Notes: generated by a model not told the origin, from the sequence alone. DNA of 62,704 bases, filler included, from Sanchytrium tribonematis (GCA_018985235.1; 13 parts of 13 records of this genome joined end to end with filler, not necessarily neighbours in it), one strand, 5' to 3'; shown: positions 45,910 through 57,319, counted from the whole stretch's first letter. Made by a program: numbers and translations.

Positions 45910-46290
45910 ATGTTGGCTTTATTGATTCCATTTTTAGCAGTTCCATCATTCAACAAAAATTATCACTTCATTTTAAAACAGGGAAAACATCAAACCTATA
46001 AGCGACTTTCATTTTATGATTTGAACCCGGATACAAATGATATGGAGGAAAAGAAGTGGCTGTACAATTACAATATTCATCATGGTGAGAAAAAGCGTGG
46101 CTCAATCGATACAGCAGACGGATTGATAAAGCTGTTGGAAATCTTTCCAATAAAAGATGGACCAGTTCTTCTTAGTAGTCTAAGCTGCAATTATACAGTT
46201 TCCAATATTACACTTGATACGTTTGCAGAAGATTTATTTGCCAATATTCGATCTTGTAGCTTCTATTTTGCAAATAGCCCAGGTCAATAA
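45910..46290 (+). CDS. Small secreted unknown protein
   Basis: MLALLIPFLA start; stop overlaps AATAAA. Confidence 0.6.
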   Translation: MLALLIPFLAVPSFNKNYHFILKQGKHQTYKRLSFYDLNPDTNDMEEKKWLYNYNIHHGEKKRGSIDTADGLIKLLEIFPIKDGPVLLSSLSCNYTVSNITLDTFAEDLFANIRSCSFYFANSPGQ

Positions 46291-46298
46291 AATTCAAT

Positions 46299-47221
46299 TT
46301 ATTGCAAAGAATTAATCAAATTTGACTTTCTCTTGGACATGGTATCATCAAATGTCAATTGATCATGATTAACAGGAATAAACAACAATTTATCATTCGC
46401 ATTCCGACTAATGGCATTTAATGACTCCAAATATCTGATTTGCATGGCTGATTCTGTATTTAAAATAGTAGATGCTACATCAATTAAAATAAACCTTCTT
46501 TCATCATTTTAGCAGCTTCTACTTCTGCTTGAGCAGCAATGACTTTGGCTTCTCCAACTCGCTTTTGTTTAATAGCACTACTAAATGATTCTAATAAATC
46601 CGCACTAAATTGCATATCTTTGATTAAAATGGCTTCTATTTTAACACCATATTCCATAGCGGGACCAGCCATTAATTGTTCAATTTGATCAGCTACTTCA
46701 TCACGGTGTTCTAATGTTTCTTGTACAGTCCGTTGACCAATAATTTCACGCAAAACGGTTTGAGTTTTCTCAATTAGTGTTTGATTGATATTTTGGACTA
46801 AATAAACCACAGCGTATGGATCTGTAACATGCCAGTACAACACACTATCAATATTCACAGTCACATTATCTCTAGTGAATACATTTTGACGTGGAATATC
46901 TGTGACTTGAATTCGAATATCTACGACATCTAATTGTTGACATGCTGGATTGACATTATGTAAACCAGGATCAACGACCTCAAAACACTTTCCAAATTGA
47001 CATTTTAATCCGACTTTGCCTTGATCTACCACTTTAAATGGATTTGGGCAACAAAAACAGCAGGGGATCATTCCAAAAAATCCAATGAATTTACCCCATG
47101 AGGATATCATATGTTCATACCATCCAGCATTGAAGTGGGGTGGGGCTACTTGTCTGGCAAATGAGGGTTGTAAATGGACTTGAGCAGGTTGAGTTCTTTC
47201 ATTTCTCGTATTTCTTGACAT
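46299..47221 (-). CDS. Stomatin / band-7 (SPFH) protein, 2 exons (47221-46495, 46474-46299)
   Basis: SPFH domain (TRDNVTVNIDSVLYW). A 20-nt intron restores AAKMMKEASTILNTESAMQIRYLESL; the new stop overlaps AATAAA. Confidence 0.93.
46475..46494 (-). other. 20-nt spliceosomal-type intron
   Basis: GTTTATTTTAATTGATGTAG; contains an in-frame TAA; removal restores the conserved stomatin C-terminus. Confidence 0.9.
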
Positions 47222-47253
47222 GTTTCAGGGGAAATTGGCGAAAAAATATTTTA

Positions 47254-47922
47254 TTATTTGTTACAATTTTGCAATTTCTCAAGTATTTCCTGGGGAATAC
47301 TCTTTACGATATCTTTGATAGATTGATAAATTAGATAGTATGTGACTGGATTCTGACTTGCGCAAATTTTACCGAGTTGAATCAAAATGTTATCCTTGGC
47401 CACTTGCAACCCTTCATCGTCATCTTCAAATGTCACATTAGAGTTAAACTCGCAGTATGCTTTAATAGCATCAATAACTTCTTTCAGATTCAAATTTTGG
47501 CTTGCATTCTCAATGATGTTCTGTTGAATTCCAAGTTCAGCAATAATTGGGTCAATTTCTTGCCAAATATCTTTGAAATAATTTTGGTTTTCTTCGTATT
47601 GGGGATAAATATTAGCCCCTTGAGCAATTAATGCATTTAGTGCATCCTGAAATTTTTTTCCATCCTTTTCGACATCACTCAACTTAAAATCATTCAATTG
47701 ATACAAAAAACTATAAAATGGGCGCTTAATGATCCATTCGTCCTCCATCAATCCGTTTGGAGCATCACACGAAGCACACTTATGACCATGAGAATTACCA
47801 CAATATGAATGTGCTGGATGAAATGAGCAAGCCGTTCTACTTTGATCTTCTTTAATTGGATTGAAGCAAACACTACAGTCGTCATCCGTTGGAAATGCAA
47901 GTAGCAACATCCAAAAAATCAT
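47254..47922 (-). CDS. Secreted protein with an N-terminal RING-like Cys/His cluster
   Basis: MIFWMLLLA signal; CSVC..CSFHPAH..C..CASC. Confidence 0.65.
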   Translation of the reverse strand: MIFWMLLLAFPTDDDCSVCFNPIKEDQSRTACSFHPAHSYCGNSHGHKCASCDAPNGLMEDEWIIKRPFYSFLYQLNDFKLSDVEKDGKKFQDALNALIAQGANIYPQYEENQNYFKDIWQEIDPIIAELGIQQNIIENASQNLNLKEVIDAIKAYCEFNSNVTFEDDDEGLQVAKDNILIQLGKICASQNPVTYYLIYQSIKDIVKSIPQEILEKLQNCNK

Positions 47923-48470
47923 GTTGTTTGATCCTGTTTAGTAAAATTACACAACAATTCTCCTTAAGAATTATTTGACGACTTTCAAAAAGGGTCTCGT
48001 ATTCAAATCAGAATCCCTACTGTCGATTTGTATTCCATCATATTGGAAATTGATTGCAATAAGCCATGTCACCAATATGATGGATTGAATTTGTTTAATT
48101 CAGGTATCAATGTGGATCATTTGAAAGGTTCAATTTAACCCAAGCAATTTTGAAAATTAATTTTTTATTAAGCATATATTAAATTTATTTTCTTTGATTT
48201 CTAAGAATCAATTTCATTAATAATGTGCCTAGAAATATAAAATTAATAGCAATCTTACATATTTGAACCCAACCAGATTGGATTTGAATTGTGTTTAATT
48301 TTCCATTCCATTTAACAGCAAAACTAACCATTTTTTGAGGTGATGTCATTGTGGCTGTAAAGGCTGTACTNNNNNNNNNNNNNNNNNNNNNNNNNNNNNN
48401 NNNNNNNNNNNNNNTTAATTAATTAANNNNNNNNNNNNNNNNNNNNNNNNNNNNNNNNNNNNNNNNNNNN

Positions 48471-50237
48471 ATGATTTGGACGATTTGCGTGAATGGTTTA
48501 GATTGGTTATATGTAACAGAAACTGGTAAAATGATCAATTTTGACATGTTACAAATGATATTTGACAGATGGAATGCCATCTATGCAGTAGGAAGTGATC
48601 GTGGCAAATTTGTCGTTTATTTCTTTATTGCGTATTTTTTTGTATTTTGTGCACTCTACAAGTACATCAAATATAGAAATAGAAAGATTAAGCAACAATA
48701 TGTGCTATTGGATGATGAAAAAGCCTCTAGATCCTTTAATTTCTCATATTTCGTCTTGATTTATGTTTTGTTGTTTTTGATCCCATATATTTTCAAATCA
48801 AAAACAGAGCACGATGCAATCTATGAAAATACCACTTTAAAATCTCAATCCGAGTTATCTATAGCAGCATGGCATTATTTCAATGCAAAACAGCATATTT
48901 ATGACTACAAAACAAAACCTGCTTCTGAAGCATCTCTACAAAACAGAACAAGCGAGAATGTATTTCAAAATGTCGTATTTCTATTTTTAGAAACTACTAG
49001 AGAAGATATGATGCCATTCAATAGATCTTCTAAATTTGCCAAAAAATCTTTTGGTGAAAATGCCCCTAATTTGACCCCATTTTTAGAATCTCTTTTGCAT
49101 TCTGACAATGCCGTGCGTGTTCCTAATGCCAAATCCACTTGCTCGTTCACCATAAAATCATTAATGAGTACCCTCTGTGGTATTTATCCGATTCCAGTTG
49201 ATTTTACCCATGAAATTCATTATAATGCGTATGCCGAGTGTCTCCCCCAACTACTGAATAGGAGTGGATATAATTCCATCCATGTGCAAATCTCTGATGA
49301 TAATTTTGACCATCAAAAAGAAACAATTATTCAACAAGGATTTCAAAAGCGTATTGGATGGTATGATTTATACGATATTTATAAAGAACAACATTTAAAA
49401 ACGCCTGAAGCTGTTAATTCTTTTGGAGGAGAAGATCACTACGCCATTCCCATTATCAAACAATTTATTAAAAATTCAAAAAATGCCAACAAACCCTATT
49501 TAATCTCACATTTACTCAATATTATGCATCACCCATATGTCACACCCAAATGGTTTAAAAAAAGAAAGTATTTAAGCAACAAATTAAACAATGATTACTT
49601 GAATGCCCTCAGATACTCTGATTTATATTTCAAGGATTTAATGGATGAAATTGATGATGAGAATACACTATTTGTATTTTTAGGGGATCATGGGTTGGCT
49701 ACTGGTGAAAATAATCTATATGGCGTGGGTGAAATGGATGTTCAAGAAGTGTTTCAAGTACCCCTATTTTTTTACAGTAAAAATGAGCAATTTAAACAGA
49801 AAATAGCACCCATGCTACGTCAAAATATCAAAGAAATGGACATCCCATTCACTAATTTGGATGTATTACCCACACTATTGGATTTATTACAATTAAAAAC
49901 CCATGATTTCATCACCAATTCCATTTTAGATCCCAATTTTGAAGGAACCAGTTTAATGCGTCCCAACATCTGCCATAATTGCAGAGAAATGACATTACAT
50001 TTTAGTAGTCCTGGATTTACCAGTGTGATCGTCAGATATCAATTATTCAAATTGATTTTAATGAGAAATGGGAATGAGTATTTTGTGGATTTTAAAACGG
50101 ATCCCAATGAATCTAATCGTATTTATACCAATGAAATACCTCTAGATGATTTATATTATTCTATTATTGCAAAAATGAGGGATTTTAGAGATGGGGAATT
50201 AAAGAGAATTAAATCAAAATGGAATTTTACAGAATAA
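48471..50237 (+). CDS. Membrane-anchored sulfatase / LTA-synthase-like protein (alkaline phosphatase superfamily), probably 5'-truncated
   Basis: TMs followed by VFLFLETTR, SFTIKS, HHPY, GDHG, VPL and DVLPTLLDLL. Confidence 0.85.
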   Translation: MIWTICVNGLDWLYVTETGKMINFDMLQMIFDRWNAIYAVGSDRGKFVVYFFIAYFFVFCALYKYIKYRNRKIKQQYVLLDDEKASRSFNFSYFVLIYVLLFLIPYIFKSKTEHDAIYENTTLKSQSELSIAAWHYFNAKQHIYDYKTKPASEASLQNRTSENVFQNVVFLFLETTREDMMPFNRSSKFAKKSFGENAPNLTPFLESLLHSDNAVRVPNAKSTCSFTIKSLMSTLCGIYPIPVDFTHEIHYNAYAECLPQLLNRSGYNSIHVQISDDNFDHQKETIIQQGFQKRIGWYDLYDIYKEQHLKTPEAVNSFGGEDHYAIPIIKQFIKNSKNANKPYLISHLLNIMHHPYVTPKWFKKRKYLSNKLNNDYLNALRYSDLYFKDLMDEIDDENTLFVFLGDHGLATGENNLYGVGEMDVQEVFQVPLFFYSKNEQFKQKIAPMLRQNIKEMDIPFTNLDVLPTLLDLLQLKTHDFITNSILDPNFEGTSLMRPNICHNCREMTLHFSSPGFTSVIVRYQLFKLILMRNGNEYFVDFKTDPNESNRIYTNEIPLDDLYYSIIAKMRDFRDGELKRIKSKWNFTE

Positions 50238-50464
50238 ATTTGATTTAATTAATTGGTAAATTGGAATTTGGATCAGAGAGGATACATTACTGTAATTGTT
50301 TTAAATCTGCTTTCAGTCAAATGACCCTGAGTGTTGGGTAAAATTGATATTTGTAAATCATGTTTGCTCTTGTCTTAGGAAGGAGTAAGGACCGAATTTG
50401 ACAAAAGGAGTTAAAAAATTTAATTCTTTTAAATGAATCTTAAATCCACTATAAAATAGTAATT

Positions 50465-50746
50465 TTACTTAACTCTTCTTGATGAACCACCTTTGGAATG
50501 CCCTGAACCTGAATCCCCCTTCTTCTTTTTCTTCGTCTTCTCGTGTTTACCTTGTGTGTGTGTTGGCTTCTGCTTTGACCCGATTGTAGGTGGATTGCCT
50601 TTTTTTATATAATTTTGATCAGCTGTGACACAGGAAACCCATTGCGAACCAGTCCATTTCGCATTGTATGTGTAATAATACATATCGATTTTATAACAAA
50701 CACCAATTTCAGTTGCAGACAATTGATTGAAGAAAATGAACAACAT
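50465..50746 (-). CDS. Small secreted protein with a Lys-rich tail
   Basis: MLFIFF start, Cys/aromatic core, YIKKG, basic tail. Confidence 0.65.
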   Translation of the reverse strand: MLFIFFNQLSATEIGVCYKIDMYYYTYNAKWTGSQWVSCVTADQNYIKKGNPPTIGSKQKPTHTQGKHEKTKKKKKGDSGSGHSKGGSSRRVK

Positions 50747-50949
50747 AATTATTTTGTTATCTCTGGGTTAAATACTTTTCACCCATTTCTTGATTGGTGC
50801 GGCCAATCTATTAATAACTCTCTATCGTCACACATTCAAAGTGCAAGTAATTCAGCAAGTGATTGCATGGATTGCCAATCCAAATGTGCAAAACTGGTAA
50901 ATTCTGTAAATTGTCAGTTAAATATAAATCCAAATACTTTTTATTGTTT

Positions 50950-51270
50950 TTAAACATGTTTGACAGGTACTTTCTTCTTCTTTTCATTATTTTCCTTCTT
51001 TTTCTTGAGCAATTCTGATCTTCTTCTCGTCCAACTCAATTGTGCTTTCTCCAATTTCTTTTTTAATTCTGCTTGTGCAATGGCACCTGCTTTTGGATCT
51101 TTTTTGCCCCCTTTAACATATTGCGAATTTGAATTGGCATTCCAACAATACATACACGCCCAGTTATATGCACTTGAAGTACTGTAATATAATCCACCAT
51201 ATGGATCTAATAAGTTACTTACACAAGTCCAAAATACAGAAACGCAAAAGATTTGTGAAATGAACAACAT
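50950..51270 (-). CDS. Small secreted protein with a Lys-rich tail (tandem relative of the previous gene)
   Basis: MLFISQ start, Cys/aromatic core, YVKGG, basic tail. Confidence 0.65.
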   Translation of the reverse strand: MLFISQIFCVSVFWTCVSNLLDPYGGLYYSTSSAYNWACMYCWNANSNSQYVKGGKKDPKAGAIAQAELKKKLEKAQLSWTRRRSELLKKKKENNEKKKKVPVKHV

Positions 51271-51465
51271 ACTAGATTTAACGAGATGGTTTAAATAGAT
51301 TTCATTTTATTTCTGATTGGTGCCATTTTATTGGCAATTTATTTGTATCGTTTTACTGTCAATTAGCAAGAAATAAAGCAAGGATTGCCGATCTATTCGC
51401 GTGAAACCAACAATATTGAATTGAAATGACCCATTTCATGACATATTGAATTTTTATTTATTTTA

Positions 51466-53160
51466 TCAATTTCTAAATCTTCTATTTGGTGTTCTAATGG
51501 GTGTTCTAATGGGAGATGATTGTCTTAAATACTCAATTTGGATATCTGAGATGCCTGGTATAGGTGTAGTCATAGCAGCTAATACAATTCTCTTTCTTTT
51601 TCTCATTTTCAACAATGAAATGGTCAAAATAATAATAAATAGTAAAATACCACCAATTAAAAAGAATATTTGATAAATAGATAATATAGCCATGGCATGA
51701 GACCATACACTATCATATTCACATGTATTTTGATTACATTTCCCATAATGATTGCCACAAATAGTCCCATGAATAAAATTGGTTTCATATTTCACACATT
51801 TTGAATCAATTTGACAGGATAATACACAATTATCAGCAGCATGATTCCATTCTGTACATGCATGTTGACTCAATGGATTAAATTGTGTACATTGTAAATC
51901 TTGATTGGTACACATTTTACTGGCGCAATACCCCTCAAAACGCCCCTCTTTGCAATTGGATCCATCTGGTAAATATTGATCTACAGGGCAACTGCCACTC
52001 ACCCCATCACAAACTTCTTGTACATCACAGACCCCTTCTGATAATCTACAAATACTATTTTTGGGTTTAAATTTGCAATTTTGACAGCATAATTGATTAG
52101 AATCAGAACAATCTGCATTGTATCTCAATTTACAGTCTTTTGTACAACATCCATCTACATCACATAAATCTCCACAATCACATTCTTCTCCACTTTCTAA
52201 AATCCCATTTCCACAAATATTGGTTAATTTGGGAATAGATTGATTATTAGAGATACATGCGTAATTATTCAATTGATTGCAAACATCCTTAATGGTCGTG
52301 GGTGAAAATGAATCACCAATTTGACCATTACTCATTAAATATTGATTTTGACAATCACAATTTGGCGCACATGGTCGACAATTATTGCAATTTGAGTCAC
52401 AATCATGATCTGCACCTAATAAATGCGCAATTTCATGTGCCATGACTTTCCAACTTTGTTTTGTTTTTGCGCTGATGGAAGTGCCAGATGCACTCGTATT
52501 TTTATTATTTTGTAAAAATGTATTTGCATTGGTTTGACATGCATATTGGAACCAGGCTAATCCGACATGACCACTAGATGCACAATTGGTGTATAAATGC
52601 CATATATTGACAGAATCATTTCTACCAGATCGATATAAACTGAAATCACTCAATCTTTGAGAAATGGAATAATCCGAAATACACGGCATATTCCATTTAT
52701 CATATAAATAAAGATGGGTGGCATGGTATTTATTGATGGGGTCATTACTGGATGCATAATAATTGGAACAATCCATTCTAATATCTATTTTGGTTAAAAT
52801 GAGTTGTAAATTAAATGCTCTTTTATAAGCCAAATTGGTTAAAAATAAATTATTGAGTATATCTTGAGTAATTCTGTCTCTATTATTGTCATATTCCATG
52901 GCTATTGAGCAATCTACAGCAATTCCTAATTTGATAAATTGAGTATTGGATGGACACGGCGTATCTCCTTGTAGTGCTTCAATGCCACTTGGTAATGGAT
53001 TAATCGATGATTGAATAGATGCATCACATGTGTGCATATTGTTATCTGTGGTATTGATGGTCTGGAGTACAAATTGATCATTCGTAATGATTTTATATTG
53101 CGAGTAATTCCAATTAAAATCAGAATGAATGTGTGGAAATGGGTCACAACTAGTGTTTTT
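51466..53160 (-). CDS. ADAM metalloprotease (reprolysin, disintegrin, Cys-rich, TM), 5'-truncated
   Basis: HEIAHLLGADHD, Met-turn YLM, CGNGILESGEECDCG, C-terminal TM. Confidence 0.95.
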   Translation of the reverse strand, partial: KNTSCDPFPHIHSDFNWNYSQYKIITNDQFVLQTINTTDNNMHTCDASIQSSINPLPSGIEALQGDTPCPSNTQFIKLGIAVDCSIAMEYDNNRDRITQDILNNLFLTNLAYKRAFNLQLILTKIDIRMDCSNYYASSNDPINKYHATHLYLYDKWNMPCISDYSISQRLSDFSLYRSGRNDSVNIWHLYTNCASSGHVGLAWFQYACQTNANTFLQNNKNTSASGTSISAKTKQSWKVMAHEIAHLLGADHDCDSNCNNCRPCAPNCDCQNQYLMSNGQIGDSFSPTTIKDVCNQLNNYACISNNQSIPKLTNICGNGILESGEECDCGDLCDVDGCCTKDCKLRYNADCSDSNQLCCQNCKFKPKNSICRLSEGVCDVQEVCDGVSGSCPVDQYLPDGSNCKEGRFEGYCASKMCTNQDLQCTQFNPLSQHACTEWNHAADNCVLSCQIDSKCVKYETNFIHGTICGNHYGKCNQNTCEYDSVWSHAMAILSIYQIFFLIGGILLFIIILTISLLKMRKRKRIVLAAMTTPIPGISDIQIEYLRQSSPIRTPIRTPNRRFRN

Positions 53161-53260
53161 NNNNNNNNNNNNNNNNNNNNNNNNNNNNNNNNNNNNNNNN
53201 NNNNTTAATTAATTAANNNNNNNNNNNNNNNNNNNNNNNNNNNNNNNNNNNNNNNNNNNN

Positions 53261-55194
53261 TGGCACAGATCTGTACCATTACATGCATAATTTGATAAAC
53301 ATTTGTAATAAATCAATTCTCCATTCAATATGACTCGATAATAATGATTTTGACCTATTGGATATTCCAGGCCATTTATATCACAAATGGAACCTGTAGG
53401 ACATGTTGCGCATAAATCATAGCCATTTATATTATTAGAAATAGATTTTTTGCCAAATACATTTGGAACCAGTCCATTTTCACAAATTAAATTTAAATTA
53501 ATTTGAGACATTTGTTGATTTTCATGCATCACTTTGAAATAAAGTGATTTGAAATCATTTGTAGTGAGTATTCTGGTGCTTATATACTTCCAATAAAATA
53601 AAGTAGAATTATAAAATACTGAATTGCCATTTAAATGGATTAAATCCACAACCAAGTCATTTTCATACTCAAATGGGCCTTGTAAATGAACATGTTCATA
53701 TACAATCAATTTTTGATTAATCATTATTGTGTAAATTGGCATATCTTGGATATTATTACTAGATTTGAATGTATTAATCATAATGGCATAAATTGGATAT
53801 TCAGAAGCATAAAATTGGTTAAATGAGACATTAATAGCATAAAAATCAGACTTAACAAGTGGAATTGTTTGATTAATAGGGTTAAAATTGGGTTGTGATT
53901 GAATATTGATGTTTAAAATGGAAGGAATGTAAAAATCATTTTTTATCGTGTAATAATAAATATTGGTGTTTAAGACAGTATTCATTGGTATATTAATTGA
54001 TAATCCATGGCCATTTGTCGCATTACATCGATTAATAATGGAATTGGAGGGATCTAATTGAAATGATTTTAAAGGGATTTCAATGATTTGTTGATTATCT
54101 ATTATTTTATAGTGTAATGGGATATTTAATTGAATGTATGGATTAATGATGGGTATGGATGTGGTATTATACATTAAATGAGTGGCAAATCCCATTTCAT
54201 TTGAAATTGGTGTCATTGGTTGAATTTGGATCAATTGGGTGGTTTGATTGGAATATTGCAAATAATATTGTATATTACAGGAATTCAAATTGGTACCATT
54301 CACTCTCAGTGTATTATATTGGAAATAAGCGAATAAAATATTGGGTAAAATGCATTTGGTTTGAGGGAGTATAGTTGAAACAGCGATTTGAGCTGAAATG
54401 GTTGAATTGGCTTCAATATAGAATGCGAATTTGAATGCAGTAGAAGTGGATTGAGTTGTATTAGATGATATACACATGGAATAATGATTAATTAGTGGAT
54501 TATTGGATAAATCACAAGTATTTAGATGATTTGTGCTTGTAAATTTGACAAATGATATCAAATTATGACTAATATTGACATTTACTGGGTCATTTAATAA
54601 TATTGAGCCAGTGAAATGATTATTGGATAAATCTAAATATTGAATAAATGCAGAAATGTTTAAGATGCCACTGAATTGATTATTGGCCGCATAGAGAGTA
54701 GCCAGACTATTAGATGTATATGGCAAATTGCCATTAAATAAATTATTGCTTATTTTCAAGGATATTAATGAATTTAACCAAGAATTTGGAAAAGGTCCCT
54801 GAAAATGATTATTGGAAAGATCTAAATCTACCAAAGATGAGGGAAGCACGCTTAATGACTCGTTGAAGTGATTGTTGTTTAATTTGAGATACTTGACGGG
54901 AGTGTTAAGGATAAAATGGATGCTACCGGATATAAAATTATTAGATATATCAAATGACTGTAAATTTGTTAAATTTGTGAACCCAAAGTCATCTACAGAT
55001 GAAATGGTACCAGATAAATTGTGATTTGACAAGTTTATGTCAACTGTTTTATTTGATTGACATGTAATGAATGATTCCTGGCAACAATCTGGATGTAAAT
55101 TGGTGAAGTTATTGAATTCATGGAGAAAAGTAGAGATTATTTTACAATCCTGGGATACTGATAATGCTGTTAACGCGGAGAATAATAAAATCAT
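53261..55194 (-). CDS. Large LRR ectodomain protein with a downstream Cys-rich region, 3'-truncated
   Basis: Signal peptide, DC..CC..ITC cap, LRRs, CDLSNNPL, later CATCPTGSIC. Confidence 0.88.
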
Positions 55195-55567
55195 ATTTTA
55201 AATATAAAACAAATGGCCTAAAAGATTCATTTTGTTTAAAGGGGAATTTTTGAGAGAGCAAATTTTATTAACAAAACAATGCCAAGGTCCTGCTTTAAAT
55301 TTTAATTTAATTAATACTTTTTCACTATATACATATATACAATTGATATAGATAACATTCGATCATATTTTTTTAAATAAAAGTTGTCAGTACGAAAATT
55401 CTGATTCTGTAAATAAAGTCCGCTAATATATTCCATATGAGAATAACAACCATGCGAATAAATGAGATATGGATCACGATGAAAATAACTTAAAGAGGGA
55501 AATATTTCCTGAATAAAATGAGGAGTTGAGATAAAATTTTGATGGAATTGAAATATATTAGATATAA

Positions 55568-56089
55568 ATGACGGTCTAGACTAAGTCAAGTCGAAAAAAA
55601 ATAATCTACCTTAAGTCGAGTCTGGCTTGACTTGACTTAAGTCGCTAACTGAGACATTTTAAAGTCGAATTTTTTGACCACTTTTATTGGTTAATATTTA
55701 TCTTTTATCAATTATTTTTAGCAATATCGTCGTCAGAATGACCTGAAAGCTATCCATTGTGAATAAGAGTGACAATAAAACCATTTTTTTAAACAATTTA
55801 ATGAAAAATCTAAGAATTTTGAACTTGTAAAAATTTTAAATCAGAAACTAGGGTGTCTTTTAGCTTAAACTTATTAAAATTATAACCCTAATACAAATAA
55901 CATACATATACAACGAATAAAAATAAAAAATTGGGAATAATCAGTAAAATATGATCAATTTATAAGTCTATTTTAAATTGACTCCAGCTAGCGACTAAGT
56001 CAAGTTAAGTCGAGTCTAAAATTTAAGAGTCTGCCTTAAATCGAGACAGACTTGACTCGACTTTTGACTTTTTTAGTCTAAACCGTCAT
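55568..56089. mobile_element. MITE / non-autonomous DNA transposon, about 520 bp
   Basis: 17-bp TIRs ATGACGGT(C/T)TAGACTAA with 1 mismatch; inverted subterminal AAGTC(G)A arrays; AT-rich core; no TSD found. Confidence 0.75.
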
Positions 56090-57319
56090 GATGGCGCATG
56101 CTTTGTTTAAATAAGCATGCGCCATCATTTGATTGGGTTTCAATTCCGATTCATTCATTTCTTGTTGCAATTCAACAGATCTTTGAAAAGAATAAATTGA
56201 GTGATTGAATGTCCCAGACTTACTTATGTCAACATCCATATCATTATTACTAAAAAATGTAGAACACTTTTTTACAAATTTTCGCAATTGTTTTGAAGTT
56301 TCCAAAATGCTAAGATGCTGTATTAGACATTGTAGTCTTTTTTCCAATTTAAACATATACAGGACATTTTGCTTTGTTATTGTTGAGTTGCTTTGGGATT
56401 TTCCAAGTAGATAAATATGACGAGTTTTAGGGCAATTTGTTGCTTCTTCTTTGTCTGTTTAGATTCAATTGATGATGAGCAATTGCGTCTTCATAAAAAT
56501 TCACCAAAACATTTACATTTAAGTCTGTATAGGCCCAAAAGCATTCATTCGAGGTGGTGATGGTGGTCGCTTATAGTCAAATGATAGAGGTCCAATGTTT
56601 CATAAATTCTGGTGACCTCTTAATATCCTTATTTTTGTCTTATTTGGGGGGAACTAAAACCTGTTATGGTAGTGCGAAATCTGAGATTGTGTCATTTGGT
56701 GCCATATCATAATAAATACATTCATTTGGAACTACATCATTGCGTTCTAGCTCCAAATATGCATTTTATAGTACAAAATTGATTAATCATTTGATAAAAA
56801 TATAATGAAATTGTACAGTATTCTAATTTGGAGAATCTCACTTCGTTATCCATGATCTTCTTTTCTAATTGGGTATAAATAATTATTTGCTATGCCGACA
56901 ATTGTAAATTTAAAGTCAAAATAAGTTTTAAGGCTTGAATCTAACAAAAGTTGTGGTACATTTTCCCATATTTTTGGATAAAGTCTTTTTAATTTGATTA
57001 GAATACTAATTAATAAATAAAACAGTAAATGACATTCCAATGAATACCATTTGGTTTTGTGTAAGACCTGACGTAAATTTTAATAATACCAGTATCGAAA
57101 AAGTTCATTTCCCATTAGAGTGACTTACCGTAAATACGCTTTTCAAACTTAGGGGGCTACGCCGCAGTAATTCCAATTTATTCATTTTCAATTATCTGTG
57201 AAGCGATTGTATGCAACAATAGTGGCTAAAAGTGTCCTTTAATATAGTATTAATTACATTCAGTTGAACATAAAACAAATTTAATGACTGTACATTGTAC
57301 TGAAGTCACGTATTTCAAT

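Noticed and set aside
56078..57040. ORFs 56078-56356 and 56846-57040 as genes or a transposase for the MITE
   Set aside because: Short, interrupted by stops, and no DDE or other motif recognised.
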